A stretch of DNA of 64,000 nt from Lingula anatina (taxonomy: Eukaryota; Animalia; Brachiopoda), in the NCBI GenBank assembly GCA_051362555.1, contig CM120643.1, positions 10,602,001-10,666,000 of the forward strand, written 5' to 3'. Under the pieces are notes generated by a model. The model did no database searches and was not told the DNA's origin. It saw only the letters and a program-made list of their open reading frames with translations. The first letter of the stretch is position 1. Each line of letters starts with the position of its first letter. This document shows positions 1 through 30,300 of the stretch, piece after piece. Both the position numbers and the translations under genes were made by a program.

Positions 1-1163
1 GGAAGAAGCTATTTATTTGATATTTGATGATCATTCTGACATCTTTTCTATTAGGATACTTTGTGAAAAATATATTGGAAATATTTAAAAGTTTGATGAT
101 AAAATAGTGAGTGAAAGAATGAAAAATAAATCATGAAAATCTTCATTTTTATACCCATGAGATTTGGATTCCCATAAAGAAAAGGACCTGTTTTATATTC
201 AGTCACCATACCATTGTTTTCTACATAGTTTGCACAGAGATGTACATTTTTTTATTATTTGACAGTTTGGTGGTGAAAACTTTGGTGAATATTTTTAAAA
301 CAAGTATTCATCTTACTACCTGTAGGTTTTGCACTTCCATGTCAAAATGCTACATTTTTAACTCAAGAAATTGGCCCCATCGCCTTTTTACTGAATTCTT
401 CTTATATAGCATACCCAGTATTTTACCATTCAAACTTTCAAATATTTCCAATATATTCTTCATAAAGTATCCTTAAGAAAAGATGTCAGAATGATCATCA
501 AATATCAAATAGATGGCCTTTTCATAGGGGAGTCATTGGGTGTTAGAATACAAATCTTTAATTTTTCTTATTTTTCATGTGTTTTTTTATTATTCTTTTT
601 CACCCAATTTTTTAACCATCAAACTTTCAAGTACTTTCAATATATTCCTCATAAAGTATCCTCAAAGAAAAGATGTCAGAATGATCATCAAATATCAAAT
701 AAATAGCTTTTTCATAGGGGGGTCATTGGGTGTTAGAATATAAATCTTTAATTTTTCTTATTTTTTAATGTTTTTTTATTATTGTTTTTTTTCACCCAAT
801 TTTTTAACCATTAAACTTTCAAGTACTTTCAATATATTCCTCATAAAGTATCCTCAAAGAAAAGATGTTGAAATGGTCATCAAATGTCAAATTAATAGCT
901 TTTTCATAGGGGAGTCCTTGGGTGGTAAAATACAAATCTTTAATTTTTTTAAAAATTTTTTCATGAAACTTTTCACCTGCAAACTAACAAAAAGTGCCAA
1001 TGTGTCCTACATTATGCATACTACATGATCATAGTCATTTACTCAAAATAGATTAGATTTTTGAATGTTTTTGGGGGGAGTCAGATTTTCATGGTACACC
1101 GGGCCTCTGAGGCCCGGTTTCAGGGTTTACGTAGGGTTCCATTTCCTTGTGGATGAGGGTTAA
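1..1163. mobile_element. Non-autonomous DNA transposon end (piggyBac-like AGGG|TTAA terminus) with internal ~190-bp tandem repeats
   Basis: Unit containing AGATGTCAGAATGATCATCAAATATCAAAT recurs at ~481, 671 and 863, with an inverted copy at ~8-100. A perfect hairpin ACCGGGCCTC-T-GAGGCCCGGT lies at 1098-1118. The region ends in AGGG (1156-1159) followed by TTAA (1160-1163). Confidence 0.55.
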
Positions 1164-1283
1164 AAGTTTTGATGCTCTCCACACTAAAGAAACTTGAGGA
1201 AACAATTAAAGACACATATCACATTAATTTGGTTGATTTGTAGGTGACATTGAGTAAAAATTCTAATTGCTACACCATTGCAG

Positions 1284-4200
1284 GTCGCGTAGATCAGAAT
1301 GCCATGGCCAAAAAGATCCTTGATAAAATATCCAGTTTCCTGGTCCCAAAGAAAGCGGCGGCGCCCCGGGAACTGGCAGGGGGCAGTGGCCCCCCTGGAA
1401 GCGTAGCAGCAACAGCGGTCAAGGGACCATTGGGATTAAAGGCTACATCAAGGGTGGCGGCAACTGCAAAGAAAGCGGTGGCGCCCCGGGAACCGGCAGG
1501 TCGCAGTGGCCTCCCTGAAAGCGTAGCAGCAACAGCGGTCAAGGGACCATTGGGATTAAAAGCTACATCAAGGGTGGCAGCAACTGCAAATGGCGTGCCA
1601 CCCAACTTGGACTTTCTTTTTGTTCTAGACAGCAGCGGTAGTATTAAAGCTAAGCATTTTGACAAGGCAAAGAAAGCGGTACAGGTAGCTATAACACGAT
1701 ATGTTGATAAATACATAATTGAGGCGATAGATTTTTATGAAGTAATAAAATGTTTCAATTTCACTCAGCGAGCCTCGGAATACACATACGACCATATTGC
1801 AACATATCCTCAACTTTAATACGACCTATCAACCTTGCTGGTGGAATTAAAGACCATATTCACATTTTTTATCTTTTCTTTACTTGCCCATGAAAAATTC
1901 TAATTGCTACACCATTGCAGGTCGCTGAAATATTAAATTGGGTACTAACATGTCCACAAGAAAAAAAAGCCCTAACTTATAAAATTAGGAATAAAATAGA
2001 CCTCCAAATAAGTATTACTATATACATGTAGTACATGTTGCAATATGGTTGTACACATCCTATTTACATCAGGCACAAGTGGACATAATTGATCTAAAAT
2101 CGAAGATTTCACAATCTGGAACCCACGTTGGACTAATAGAATTTTCATCTCCGGCCAAAACTCATGTGGAGTTTACTCTACGCCAATATACTAGTGCAGC
2201 GGCCATCAAAGAAGCTGTCGGAAAAATCAATTACGACAAAGGTAAACATTCACGTGACAGGGTCAATTTTTCTGATTCAAATATGATTTCAACAGTCTTT
2301 AATGGGTAAATTCTTAATAAACTGCAAATTCAACATCAAATTTTAATTATGCTCAACAGGTAATACCAATGTAAGTAAAATGTGTAACAAGTTCACACTT
2401 TGAAAATGTATAACTTCCAGAAAAAGAAGCCAATTAGACTTCTTTTCCAACTCAGGCTGCATTTTAGTCCTGCATTTCTTTTTTTGAAAGTTTGGCAATC
2501 ATAAGTAACATGGTTTTCCCATAATGGTCATCATGGCAGCAGCACCCAAAATTGTGTTTTCTTCTATTCTGATGCCATATTACATAATGGTTAACAGCAT
2601 AATGACCGTCAATTTTTAATAATAAAATATACGTATCATGGATTTTCAGAAAATATGACTAGCATGGGTCTTCAAGCCCATGGAACTTCAAAGTCACACC
2701 TTGAAAATGCCAATATGTGAAATGTTTAACTGGCAGTAAGAATTACCTAACAGACTGTATTGCCTACTGAAGCTGTATTTTAGTCCCATGTTTCTTTCCT
2801 GTAAGTTTGAGAACAGTAACTGACATGGTTTTTCTTAAATGGTCATCATGGGAGCAGTGCCCAAAATAGTTTTTTTTTTTTTATTTTGATGCAATATTAC
2901 ATAATGTTTAACAGCATAATGACCATCAATTTTTAATAATAAAATATTAGTATCATGGATATTCAGAAAATGTGACTAGCAAAGGTCTTCAGGCCCATGG
3001 AACTTCAAAGTCACAACTTGAAAATGCCAAAATGTAAACAAGACAGCACTGTTCTGAAATGTTTTTTTTTTTTCATTTTTAACAATTTTTAACATAGAAC
3101 AAAATTAACAGTTTACTGCCGTTTTTATATGATCAACTAAGAAAATTGATGAGATGGGAAAAGTATCAATAGAGCAGTGTTAAATGTCCAATTTCTTCCA
3201 TTCTGAGATTCTGAACATAGTGAATGATTGAATCTGACAAATTGCAATGATATGAGTTTATTTCCATTTTTGAAACTTTATTACACAATACACGATAACA
3301 TGTTTACCATCATTTTTACAAAATCAACTAACAATGTTGTAAAGATGCAGGAAATGTCAAACAAACACTTTCACGTATCTTATTAGTTTAATAATGAGAC
3401 TGTTAACATGCCTAAAAATTGAATCTGAGGAAATGTGAAAAAACAGCATACCTTCTAAAATAATGGCACGATTATGCTGATTTACGAACTCGACCTGCAT
3501 TTTAGTAAAATTGACCACTCCTGTGACTTTCATGACAATTGGCCCATCTGTTTTTCTTATATTGTGTTTACAGTGTTGCATATATGCTGAAAAGTGTAAA
3601 AAAACAGCATAACTAGTAAAATGGTGCCCCGATCATGCCGATTTTCGAACTTGACCTGCGTTTTAGTAAGATCAATTACTCCTGTGAGTTTCATGACAAC
3701 AGGTCTATCGGTTTTCCTTGAAATGTGTTAACAGTGTTGCATATATGCTGAAAAGTGAAAAAACAGCATAACTACTAAACTAGTGGCCCGATCATGCCGA
3801 TTTTCGAACTTGATCTGCATTTTAGTAAGACTGATTACTCCTGTGAGTTTCATGACAACAGGCCTATCGGTTTTCCTTGAAATGTGTTTACAGTGTTGCA
3901 TATGTGCTAAAAAGTGAAAAAACAGCATAAATACAATAATGGCCCGATCATGCTTATTTTCGAACTTGACCTGCGTTTTACGAATATTAGTCAGCTCTGT
4001 AAATATAAAGCCAAAAAGTAAAACTGTCTTCCACTTATGGTGTTAACGCTGAAAGTGTACGGCGACGGCGACGGCGACATGATCGGCGACGACAGACGCA
4101 GGTGATGGCAATATGTACAGACACATCTGTGTCTGTACATAAAAAGAAATTTCAAATTGAAAAGCTGATAATTTTGCGGTTTTCTTTTATCCAATAGCCA

Positions 4201-5348
4201 GTGTGAACTGTGCCCCAGGGTTTTCGCATATTTAGTACATGTACCATCAACCTGTACGAAAAGCAAATTATTTTCGAACGACAAAAAGTGCTCCTTGGTA
4301 AATTTTATAACAAATTCGGTTTTGTTTATTCATTATTTTTTCTTCTTTTCTCGTTTGCATTTATGCTTGTGCATATAAACTGATTTGTTTAAAAAAAACT
4401 ATTTTGAATGGGTTTATATCTAGGCAGTTCAACAGCTACGGCTGATGCACTGAGATTGGCCAAGAAACATTTTGATCAACATGGAGTGAGGGATAATGTA
4501 AAAGTATTGTGGGTCATTACTGACGGGCAGTCAAACAGAGGCGGGAATCCAAAAATCCCAGCAGACGAGCTGAAGAACAATGGTTAGTGGTTAACATAAA
4601 CGCAATCTGGAATGTGACGTTCACTAAAATGTATTAGTAGATTGTTGAAAACTAAACCAAACGAACATGATTTCAGTGTTAAAATACCGTTACATACAAT
4701 GTTACAAATCCCTACAATGACTGGATAACATTCTTCAACGTTAATAAAACAGTAGGATTCTCTTAAACACATTTCAAAATGAAGTGATAAGACCTAAAAT
4801 AAAAAAGGTCCGAAGCAAGACGGGAACACTTTGTCTTAACGAAAAGCGCACGCGTACAGATTTCTTTTTATTTGTTTATTTATTTATTTATCCTTTAAAT
4901 TAATTAATCTAACTATTATTTCTTTATTTCAGATGTAGAGATTTGCGTTGTAGGCATAGGAGACAGAATAGACTGGGACGAAATCAAGGACATTGCACTG
5001 CCTGACTGTTACTTCGACATGGAATCGTATGAACAGATGCTACAAATCACAGTGATAGCACGGTCAATGGCCAGGAAAGAGGCTGCTACAAAAGCTTCAC
5101 AGGCCAAGAGGGCGTGGACACTCGCCGTAAACAAGGCAAAAACGGCCACGGTGGCAAAAGCAAAAACGGCTCAGGTGGCAAAAGCAAAAACGCCGTCAAA
5201 CGCTGCAGCGCTGGCGAAAGCGGCTGCGGCAGCAAGAGCGAAAGCGTTGGCCAGAGGAAGAGCGATCGCAATATCAAAGGCCAAAGCCGCTTCGACAGCG
5301 ATCGCAAAAACGTTTGCGAAAATAGATTTGATGGCAAGACAACAATAG
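1284..5348 (+). CDS. von Willebrand factor A (vWA) domain protein with Ala/Lys-rich repetitive N- and C-terminal arms
   Basis: Exons 1284(ATG 1304)-1684, 2073-2241, 4424-4582 and 4933-5348 join in frame with GT-AG sites. They give LDFLFVLDSSGSI (MIDAS DxSxS), THVGLIEFS, GSSTATADAL, VLWVITDGQSN and EICVVGIG, i.e. one complete vWA fold. An upstream phase-1 coding exon may lie outside the window. Confidence 0.85.
1351..1590 (+). repeat. Coding 120-bp tandem duplication (2 x 40 aa)
   Basis: KAAAPRELAGGSGPPGSVAATAVKGPLGLKATSRVAATA is repeated at exactly 120-nt spacing (1351-1470, 1471-1590). Confidence 0.95.
2390..3030. repeat. ~318-bp tandem duplication in the vWA gene intron
   Basis: GAACTTCAAAGTCACA at 2683 and 3001; AATGGTCATCATGG at ~2523 and ~2838. 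Confidence 0.85.
3430..4146 (-). mobile_element. Helentron/HINE-like non-autonomous element with ~160-bp internal tandem array
   Basis: AAACAGCATA recurs at 3441, 3602, 3761 and 3921, followed by a (CGGCGA)n microsatellite at ~4060-4090. A terminal hairpin TATGTACAGACACA-TC-TGTGTCTGTACATA (4112-4141) precedes an A-run. The same terminus recurs at 9187-9211. Confidence 0.65.
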
Positions 5349-6361
5349 CGTTACTCTACGTATTGGAAAATTAAGCAAAAGGTGCAAGCCTATCAAAAAC
5401 GGTGGATATAATTTCTACGAAAAACTTTCTTTTTGAGATAATAATAATTGAAAAGTTATCCAACTGTCCCAAAACTGCCAAAATATTCTTATTCCACGTT
5501 TAAACAAGTATCAATATCTTCAGGTGAATAACAAAAGGTTTATATTGCTAACTTCCATGATAATGCTCTGGTGTCATTGAGAACTATAATGGTTCAGCTG
5601 CCTTTTCGAACAAGGAAGTAACAATATATGTATGAGATGTGCAGACAATAAATAGAATTATAACAACTGAGTTCATTTGTATTGCTCCATAAAAATATTG
5701 ATGTTTTATTTCAATTGTATATTGTCAAAGGAATTAACTGTACTTTTCCCTTTTCAATTCGTAATCATATTCAAGCCTTATGCCCTATCTGAATAATATA
5801 TAATCATGTTGCATATTCTGACAAAGAGAGAGAGATATAAACCTAATCAAGAGTAATGCTTCATACAAATCCATTCCAAGCAAATAAATAAACAAATTAA
5901 CTAAGAAAGAATAATATTGAAAAAAAAAAAAAGATAAATTCATTAACTAAAAACAAAAAATGAATACTTCTTTCCTTATATTGCCTACATGTACACCACT
6001 ACATGTATGTAAATAAAAGAACTACATGACTAACGATGTAATCGAAGCAGAAAAAAAAAGCAAATAGTTTTAAATACTGCAAAAACTTATGTTGCCACCC
6101 TTAAACCCATGGCACACATTTATCAAAATGCAAAGCAAGGTCTCTATCCTGTACTATGACCAGACAAAACACAGCATGATTATTGGGAAAAAAAACATTA
6201 AAATTAATAATTGTAATATACAGAATGGTGGCCTAATTTCTGAAATAAAGTCTTACTATTGCTATTGTGCTGCATTAAAAAAAACTTACTCCAGAGCTCT
6301 TACATATGTATGCACCAGCAATGGTTAGTGCATCTTTTTATTCATTACACTTTCTTAAAAA

Positions 6362-7130
6362 CAAATATAGAAATATATAACATATCAGGTGGATGAAAAA
6401 TAACACAAAAGAGATTTGATATTCACATTTCTTCAACTAAACGTGCATGAAATAGTTGACAGATTTTGGCAAATTAAATTTTTTAACAAAAATTACTGAA
6501 CTTTCAATTTAAAAAAATCTGTTCTTATTTACACATTATTCCTCATTAATTTATGATAACAGCTCAAGTTTGACAATTACAATTCAAACCTACATTGATA
6601 AAATATTCTTGGTTAACATATAAGCAGGAAAAAAAACAATAGTTCATTGCACTTGGGTACTGAATGTGCTGACAAAGATCCATCTCAATATTTTGCCATC
6701 AAAACAGCAAAGTTATTAAAACTATATTTTAATTTAAGTTTGTAATATCCATGCTGGTGGCCTAAATTTTGTGAAATATAGCAAATATAGAAATATATAA
6801 CATATCAGGTGGATGAAAAATCACACCAAACAGATTTGATATTGATAATTTCATATTTCTTCAACTAAAGATGTTTGAAAAGGTTGATAGATTTTGGCAA
6901 AGTAAATTTTTTCACTAAAATTACTGAAATTTCAATTAAAAAATCTGTTCTTATTTACACATTATTCCTCATTAATTTATGATAACACAACTCAAGTTTG
7001 GCAATTACAACAGAAACCTTCATTGATAAAATATTCTTGGTTTACATACAAGCAGAAAAAAAAAACTCTAGTTCATTGCACTTGGTGACTTAATTTGCTG
7101 ACAAAGATTCATCTCAATATTTTGCCATCA
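6362..7130. repeat. ~420-bp tandem duplication in the putative distal 3' UTR of copine
   Basis: CAAATATAGAAATATATAACATATCAGGTGGATGAAAAA at 6362 and 6782, with colinear similarity to ~6710 and ~7130. Confidence 0.9.
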
Positions 7131-7177
7131 ACAATAAACAGTTTTCAGTCCATAACACAGAGCATGTTCTTACAATT

Positions 7178-7276
7178 TTACTGTCGCTGACCAGGCGCCA
7201 GTTCCATCATGGAGAAGTGATTGGTCACTTGCGAGGGCACCTCAGCCAGGACTTGTTTGGCCAGTTCTATTGGGTT
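7178..7276 (-). CDS. CPNE3: Copine alternative (distal) terminal exon NPIELAKQVLAEVPSQVTNHFSMMELAPGQRQ*
   Basis: Phase-0 acceptor ctgtccttcAG at 7277-7278, then 32 codons and TAA. Clear paralog of the copine terminal motif ELAKxVLAExPxQV. Confidence 0.8.
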   Translation of the reverse strand, partial: NPIELAKQVLAEVPSQVTNHFSMMELAPGQRQ

Positions 7277-7814
7277 CTGAAGGACAGACTGACCATTATG
7301 TGAAACCGCTCTCTCATTTTATTTTCAAAATGTCTCAAAATAAACTATCAATAACATTAAAAGTATGAAGTAGAAACATACTCACAAATGTAGAAAAATA
7401 TTATAATCATAACAGTGATCCTATAATATATCTAAATATCAGATCTTACAAGCTTCACCTAAAATATATATTCACTTGCTTCCAACTGTTAGTATAAAAC
7501 TGAACATTAAACAATTATAATTTTTTTCAAAATTAGTAGCTGACTACAGCTACACTACTTATTAGAACAATCACCAACAAAGTAACTAGTTTCAAGCAAA
7601 ATATAAAAGCAAAATATAACCCGAACTTTGTAAGAAATTCAACTCTTAAATTTGAACATCTGGATGCACCAATTTTTACTGACAGTAAAGCAGGCAGAAG
7701 AAACAGGGTTCTCAAGAAACATGTCAGTCTATATTTTGTGACAGTCATCACCCATCATATATGACTCGATTCATATGGATGGGAGGGGCCTTATATGATG
7801 GACATGTCTATCAC

Positions 7815-25349
<17,535 letters not shown>

Positions 25350-25385
25350 GGCGTGGGTGCTCTAGCCTCTATGGAATCACAGGCT

Positions 25386-25387
<2 letters not shown>

Positions 25388-25453
<66 letters not shown>
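25388..25453. repeat. (AAT)n microsatellite (second block at 26440-26492)
   Basis: Direct reading. Confidence 0.95.
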
Positions 25454-25454
<1 letters not shown>

Positions 25455-26066
25455 TAGAGGATCAGGGAGGCGATACTGCCTTCAGGTATTGTACTACCAG
25501 CTGATGTAAGCGCATTCATATGGAAAACAAACAAACAAACAAACAAACAAAAAAAAAACAAGGGATACCACCTCCAGTGTTGTGCTTGACAAGCTCTACG
25601 AGATGTAGTTAACAAGAGTTCTCTATTTTTTGTTGAAAATTACAATTTATAACAAAATCATGAGAAAAGTAAAAGGTCAAATCCAAATTTGTGAAGTGCG
25701 GTTAAAGGTGAAATTCAAGGTCACAAGAAGACTGGCAATTTATGAGTTCCTATTCAGCAGTATCTGTGGCCACATCTATGCCAGTTTTGGAGAAACAAGT
25801 GAAATAAAAGAAATAAGAGATAAAAGTTGCAAAGTTCAGTTCATGGTAAATAGTAGATTCATATTACTTGACTTTCTTTTCAAGTTCAACAGTAACTCTG
25901 GGCGTATCTCTGCCACATTTTGGAGATATAAGGGTCAGAAAATGTTGTTAAGTTCAGTTCATGGTGTAAAGTAGGTCAAAGGTCAATTTCAAGGTCACAG
26001 TTAGATTGCAAGTATATGACTTCCTATTCAAGTTCAATAGTAACTATGGGCATATCTCTGCCATGG
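25453..26066. mobile_element. HINE/satellite-type interspersed repeat fragment rich in AGGTCA motifs
   Basis: Starts AACTAGAG; the unit AAGGTCA...TATGACTTCCTATTCAAGTTCAA.AGTAACT.TGGGC.TATCTCTGCC is repeated about three times. Confidence 0.55.
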
Positions 26067-26068
26067 TA

Positions 26069-26426
26069 AGATAACATTTTATCTTTATGCATTTGGGGCA
26101 GAGAATACTTGTAGAAATAATAGGTGCATGATATGAAAACGTGTCACAGAACTTAAAGGTGCAAAATCGTGCTTAATTTGCAGTCAATTTGTTTTGAAAT
26201 ACTGTACTGTATATGCTACATCGACCGCCAGCGCGACAAAGAGAATAAAGGGAAAAGAATTCCCCAGAGGCTATTAATTGTTGTCATGTGGAATTTTTGA
26301 GGGTGTTTTATGGTATGTACTCCAATTATAACAATGTTTTAGAGCCTTTGAAGGACCTTCATATCATGCACCTATTATTTCTACAAGTATTCTCTGCCCC
26401 AAATGCATAAAGATAAAATGTTATCT
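26069..26426. mobile_element. Young MITE/foldback element with perfect 69-bp TIRs
   Basis: 26069-26137 is the exact reverse complement of 26358-26426. Confidence 0.85.
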
Positions 26427-26436
26427 ATGCTGGTGG

Positions 26437-26493
<57 letters not shown>

Positions 26494-26988
26494 GAACACA
26501 ACTATTTTAGAAGTTCAAATTCTGACTTCCTGGATTGGAGGTGCAATAAACTGGCTTCACAAGGGACCTTTTATATGGATCCCATTAGTTTTTTATCTCT
26601 AAGTACCTTGCATTAGTGTTATTTAAATTTTTTCCTTTCAACTTTTACACTACATTTACCTAGTGAAACATTTTTCATGGCAATATTTGAAATAAAATTA
26701 ATCAATGAAATCGCCCTTAATTTAAAACCATAAAGTTTTTTTTTTTTTTTTTTTTTGCGTGGTATTGTCAAATTTAAAAAAAACTATTATTACTATGATT
26801 ATGCAGTTCCAACAATAAATGTGTCAGAATTCACGTTGCGGGGTTAAACATAAAATCCTTGATTTATCACTGTTTACTTTCACTGAAGTCCTGAAGAAAG
26901 TTCCGGTTGGTTTTGACTCTTGTGCAAAGTAACTTTCCGAGGGATGAAGCGTTGACACAAAAATGTTTAAGGACAAATAAATACTAAC

Positions 26989-27368
26989 CGCATAAAGCTG
27001 CTCGTTATCCTTATTGCTAAGGTTGGTGCGATTACCGTTGCTTATTTCCGCCCTAAAATATAAACTTCTTCTGTTGATGGTCCATCCCCCAAAATATAAT
27101 CTAGCCTCCTATATTGAAGAATTTCTCCAAGACGGGCCATAATATTTGTGTGAGAATCAGTTGCCCCTAAAATTTTTTGTAGACCTTAGGCCAGAATAAG
27201 GCTCTGTTTAATTTAGATTTATTTTATATCAAAAAGACATGGTAATTGAACTTTATACATGTATATAATTTTAAAATTTTTTAATGTTGTAAGCGAGCGG
27301 AAGTAACCTCAAAACAGCGACGACTCGGGTGACGGGTGTGAAATGCGTCAAAATTTAGGCAGGATTTA
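26989..27368. promoter_or_regulatory. Bidirectional promoter region shared by copine (-) and TBC1D20 (+)
   Basis: Putative copine 5' UTR exon donor CG|GTTAGT at 26988 (- strand) and TBC1D20 ATG at 27369. Locally CpG-richer, with ETS-type GCGGAAGT at 27297-27304 and TTCCGCCC at ~27046. Confidence 0.6.
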
Positions 27369-30300
27369 ATGAATTCCAATCATAATTCAGAAAAGAAAAC
27401 ACCAGACACAAAGTCGAATCATGAAAACTATCGAAGTAAAGGTAAGATGTATATTTCTTGACACAACAATCACCCATATTGTCCTTCTATCTACGATTGA
27501 CAGCCGGCTAAATAATTTATGCCAATGATTGCCAGTCCTCATTTTTTTTCTTTTGTAAACAAAATGATATTCTAGCGGAAAATGACTACTTTTGTAAACC
27601 ACCTGTATGCCAGTTCTATTTTTGAAACAGCAGAGACAGCATACTGCTCTCTTACCCTCTCTCTAAAACACACAGACACTCGCTATTAGTAATCGGAGAT
27701 CATTTTCATTTTAGATGATCTCACAAAGAAACAGAAGGTAGCAGCAATCAAAAAGACCTTAAAGTCAGACCCTGTAGATGTAGATCGCCTGCGTCAGCTA
27801 GCCATCAGTCGTGGAGGACTGATAAATGACGAGCTACGAAGACAGTGTTGGCCTAAGCTGCTAAATGTCAACATATATGGCATATCAAAGAAACCAGGTA
27901 AGGGCTGTCTGAATAATCAGTAGCAAGAATTCCTTTTGCACTTTTTTCATTTTTTGTTATTATAATTGTTATTATTTATTATTAAAATTATTTTTGATGC
28001 ATTAACTATTGTGCAGGAGTCTGAAAAATATAAGTTGAAATAAAGGTAAACAGCAAAAAAAAAAAAAATAATAATAATAAATAAATAAATAAATAAAAAG
28101 AAAAGAAGGAAAGAAAAGAAAAAAGGAAGGAAAAGCTGTTTCTGCAAGATGTGGCTGCATATATGTATGTAAACAAATAGCTTATAAATCAACATTCTAT
28201 TTCTAAGTCAGGCGTAGGCAGAGGGTGGGTGGAGAAAGGGAAGCTAGTGTTAGAAAAAAATGCCTTTTTGTCCGGAAAAGGTCCACTTTGAATCAAAAGT
28301 TGGTCAACTTTTGTGTCAAGTTGGTCTACAAAGGAGGTAAAAGGGTTAACTTTTTGAAGTTGGAGAATCCCCTATGAAATTGTTTCAACGTCAGTATAAA
28401 CATGTAGTAGAAAACCAATACAAAAAAGGTTTCCATTAACTACAAGGTTGCTTGAATAATGAGAGAACAAAAAACAAGTAGATACTGGGTATATGAATAC
28501 AGAATATATTCTGATAGAAGTAAAAGTTGAAGATACATTGTGTAGAGTCATTGTTATTGTTTGAACTTTTCAATTCTTAAACTATTTTGAAAACAATAAA
28601 TTATAATTTTACCAGTGCGAGCTTTAAAAGAGATTTTTGAAGAAGAAATTTATGTTGGACAAAAGCTCTAATGGGTAGATAGGTTTAAGATTATGTGTAG
28701 GAATTGAAAAGTTAAAGGATTCTAGTCACGAAAAAATCAATTTCTCGAATTTTGAAGATTCAGCAATCAATCACCACCTTTAAAAATGTATAAAAAACAA
28801 TCTGTTAGTAGAAGAAAAGTGTTTTAGTAAACCTCACCTCAATTTGCAAAAATGAAGCAACAGATTTGGGTCATGTGATATTGTGACGACAAAGACAATA
28901 AAAGTCTTTGAGACTCAGCTGAGCTGCATGCTGAATACAGACAGAGAAGTTTAGGAAAGTTGTGTTGAATGGAGTTGGGCAATTTTCTTTGTTGCTGTGG
29001 GATTCACCAAAAAAGCAACACTGGTTTACAATCTTCTTTCTTTGTCTGTGACGGTCTTCCGTGACTTATTTACTAACTGCGGTGACAATAGATATGATGC
29101 TTGAGATTATGGTCAACTCAAGTGGTTTAGATCATATCAAAAGCTGATAGTCTTTCAAATTAACTGTCATCAGTTGTATATTATGTATATTAGTATATTA
29201 TGAAACTGGGAGATACCCACTTCTTTAAGTTTTAAATCTATGGTTTTTAGTATTGATTTAAATCTGCTACTTGAAAAATTGTATTATAACAGCGTGCTAT
29301 AAATAATAATAATAATAATAATCTTTATTGAGCACTAAAAGGCATACATATTACATTTTACAGGCTCTCTACACTAGTCATAACAACTTAAGACATCTTC
29401 ATAACATAAAGATCTACTTAACAAAAAATTTTGATTGGGTAATATGAGTACGGAATGAACTGGAGACACTTGGCTTGTCATTAATTTTTCAAAAAAATAT
29501 GTCAGATAATTTGATACTGTCCTTGACAGAGTAAAGAATGAAAGATAATTTTAGACAAACATTGACAGGAGAAATATCCACAAGGAGTAAAGGGCTATTG
29601 TACCAACATCTTAATTTCATTTCAGAAAATCTCAAGGAGCACAGAGACTATAATCAAGTGGTTCTTGATGTTGCCCGTTCCTTGAAAAGATTCCCTCCAG
29701 GTAATTGTGCTAGTGAAGCTCTGATTCTCATCAGTCCCACCCAAAACAATAAGCATTATGTGCTGCATTGGTATTTAATTTAACCTCTCACAAAGTACAT
29801 TCAACTTTTCTAGAGCTCCAAAGTTTTATTCATTTCAAATTGAATAAAATTAAGTTAATTTTAGTAGGCCTATTTTTCCATACCCATCATGCTTAGATCG
29901 GAGAGCAATAAGATAAGATCATTCCGCACCCATTTGTATTCAAAATGTCATAGAAACATAGTAGTGTTCATATATCCTCTTTTTTTTTTCATGAATGTCA
30001 TAAATTAATGTATTCTAGGCATGAGAGACGAGCAAAGACTGGTGCTGCAGGACCAATTGATTGATGTAATTATGAGAGTTCTAGTCAAAAACCCAGAACT
30101 ACATTACTACCAGGTTTGATTTTTTTCTTTGTTTATTTATCTATCAAGTCTACTTTTGAAAAGTTAATTTACATGTAGTAGAAAATCAATAATCATTGTG
30201 AAGGAAATAAAATGATCTGTGTAGATTCTCTGAGGTCACTTATTTGCCCTGCTCTAGTGGTTAAAATATGTGTGTTTCTATATTTTTGGTATATTTTTTC

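Noticed and set aside
240-1028. Several similar short ORFs (MIIKYQI...)
   Set aside because: By-products of the ~190-bp AT-rich tandem repeat; no domain and no splice structure.
28712-29227. TTAAAGG...CTTTAA segment resembling a non-autonomous Kolobok (similar starts at ~8231, 9326, 26153)
   Set aside because: TIR match too poor to define boundaries by eye.
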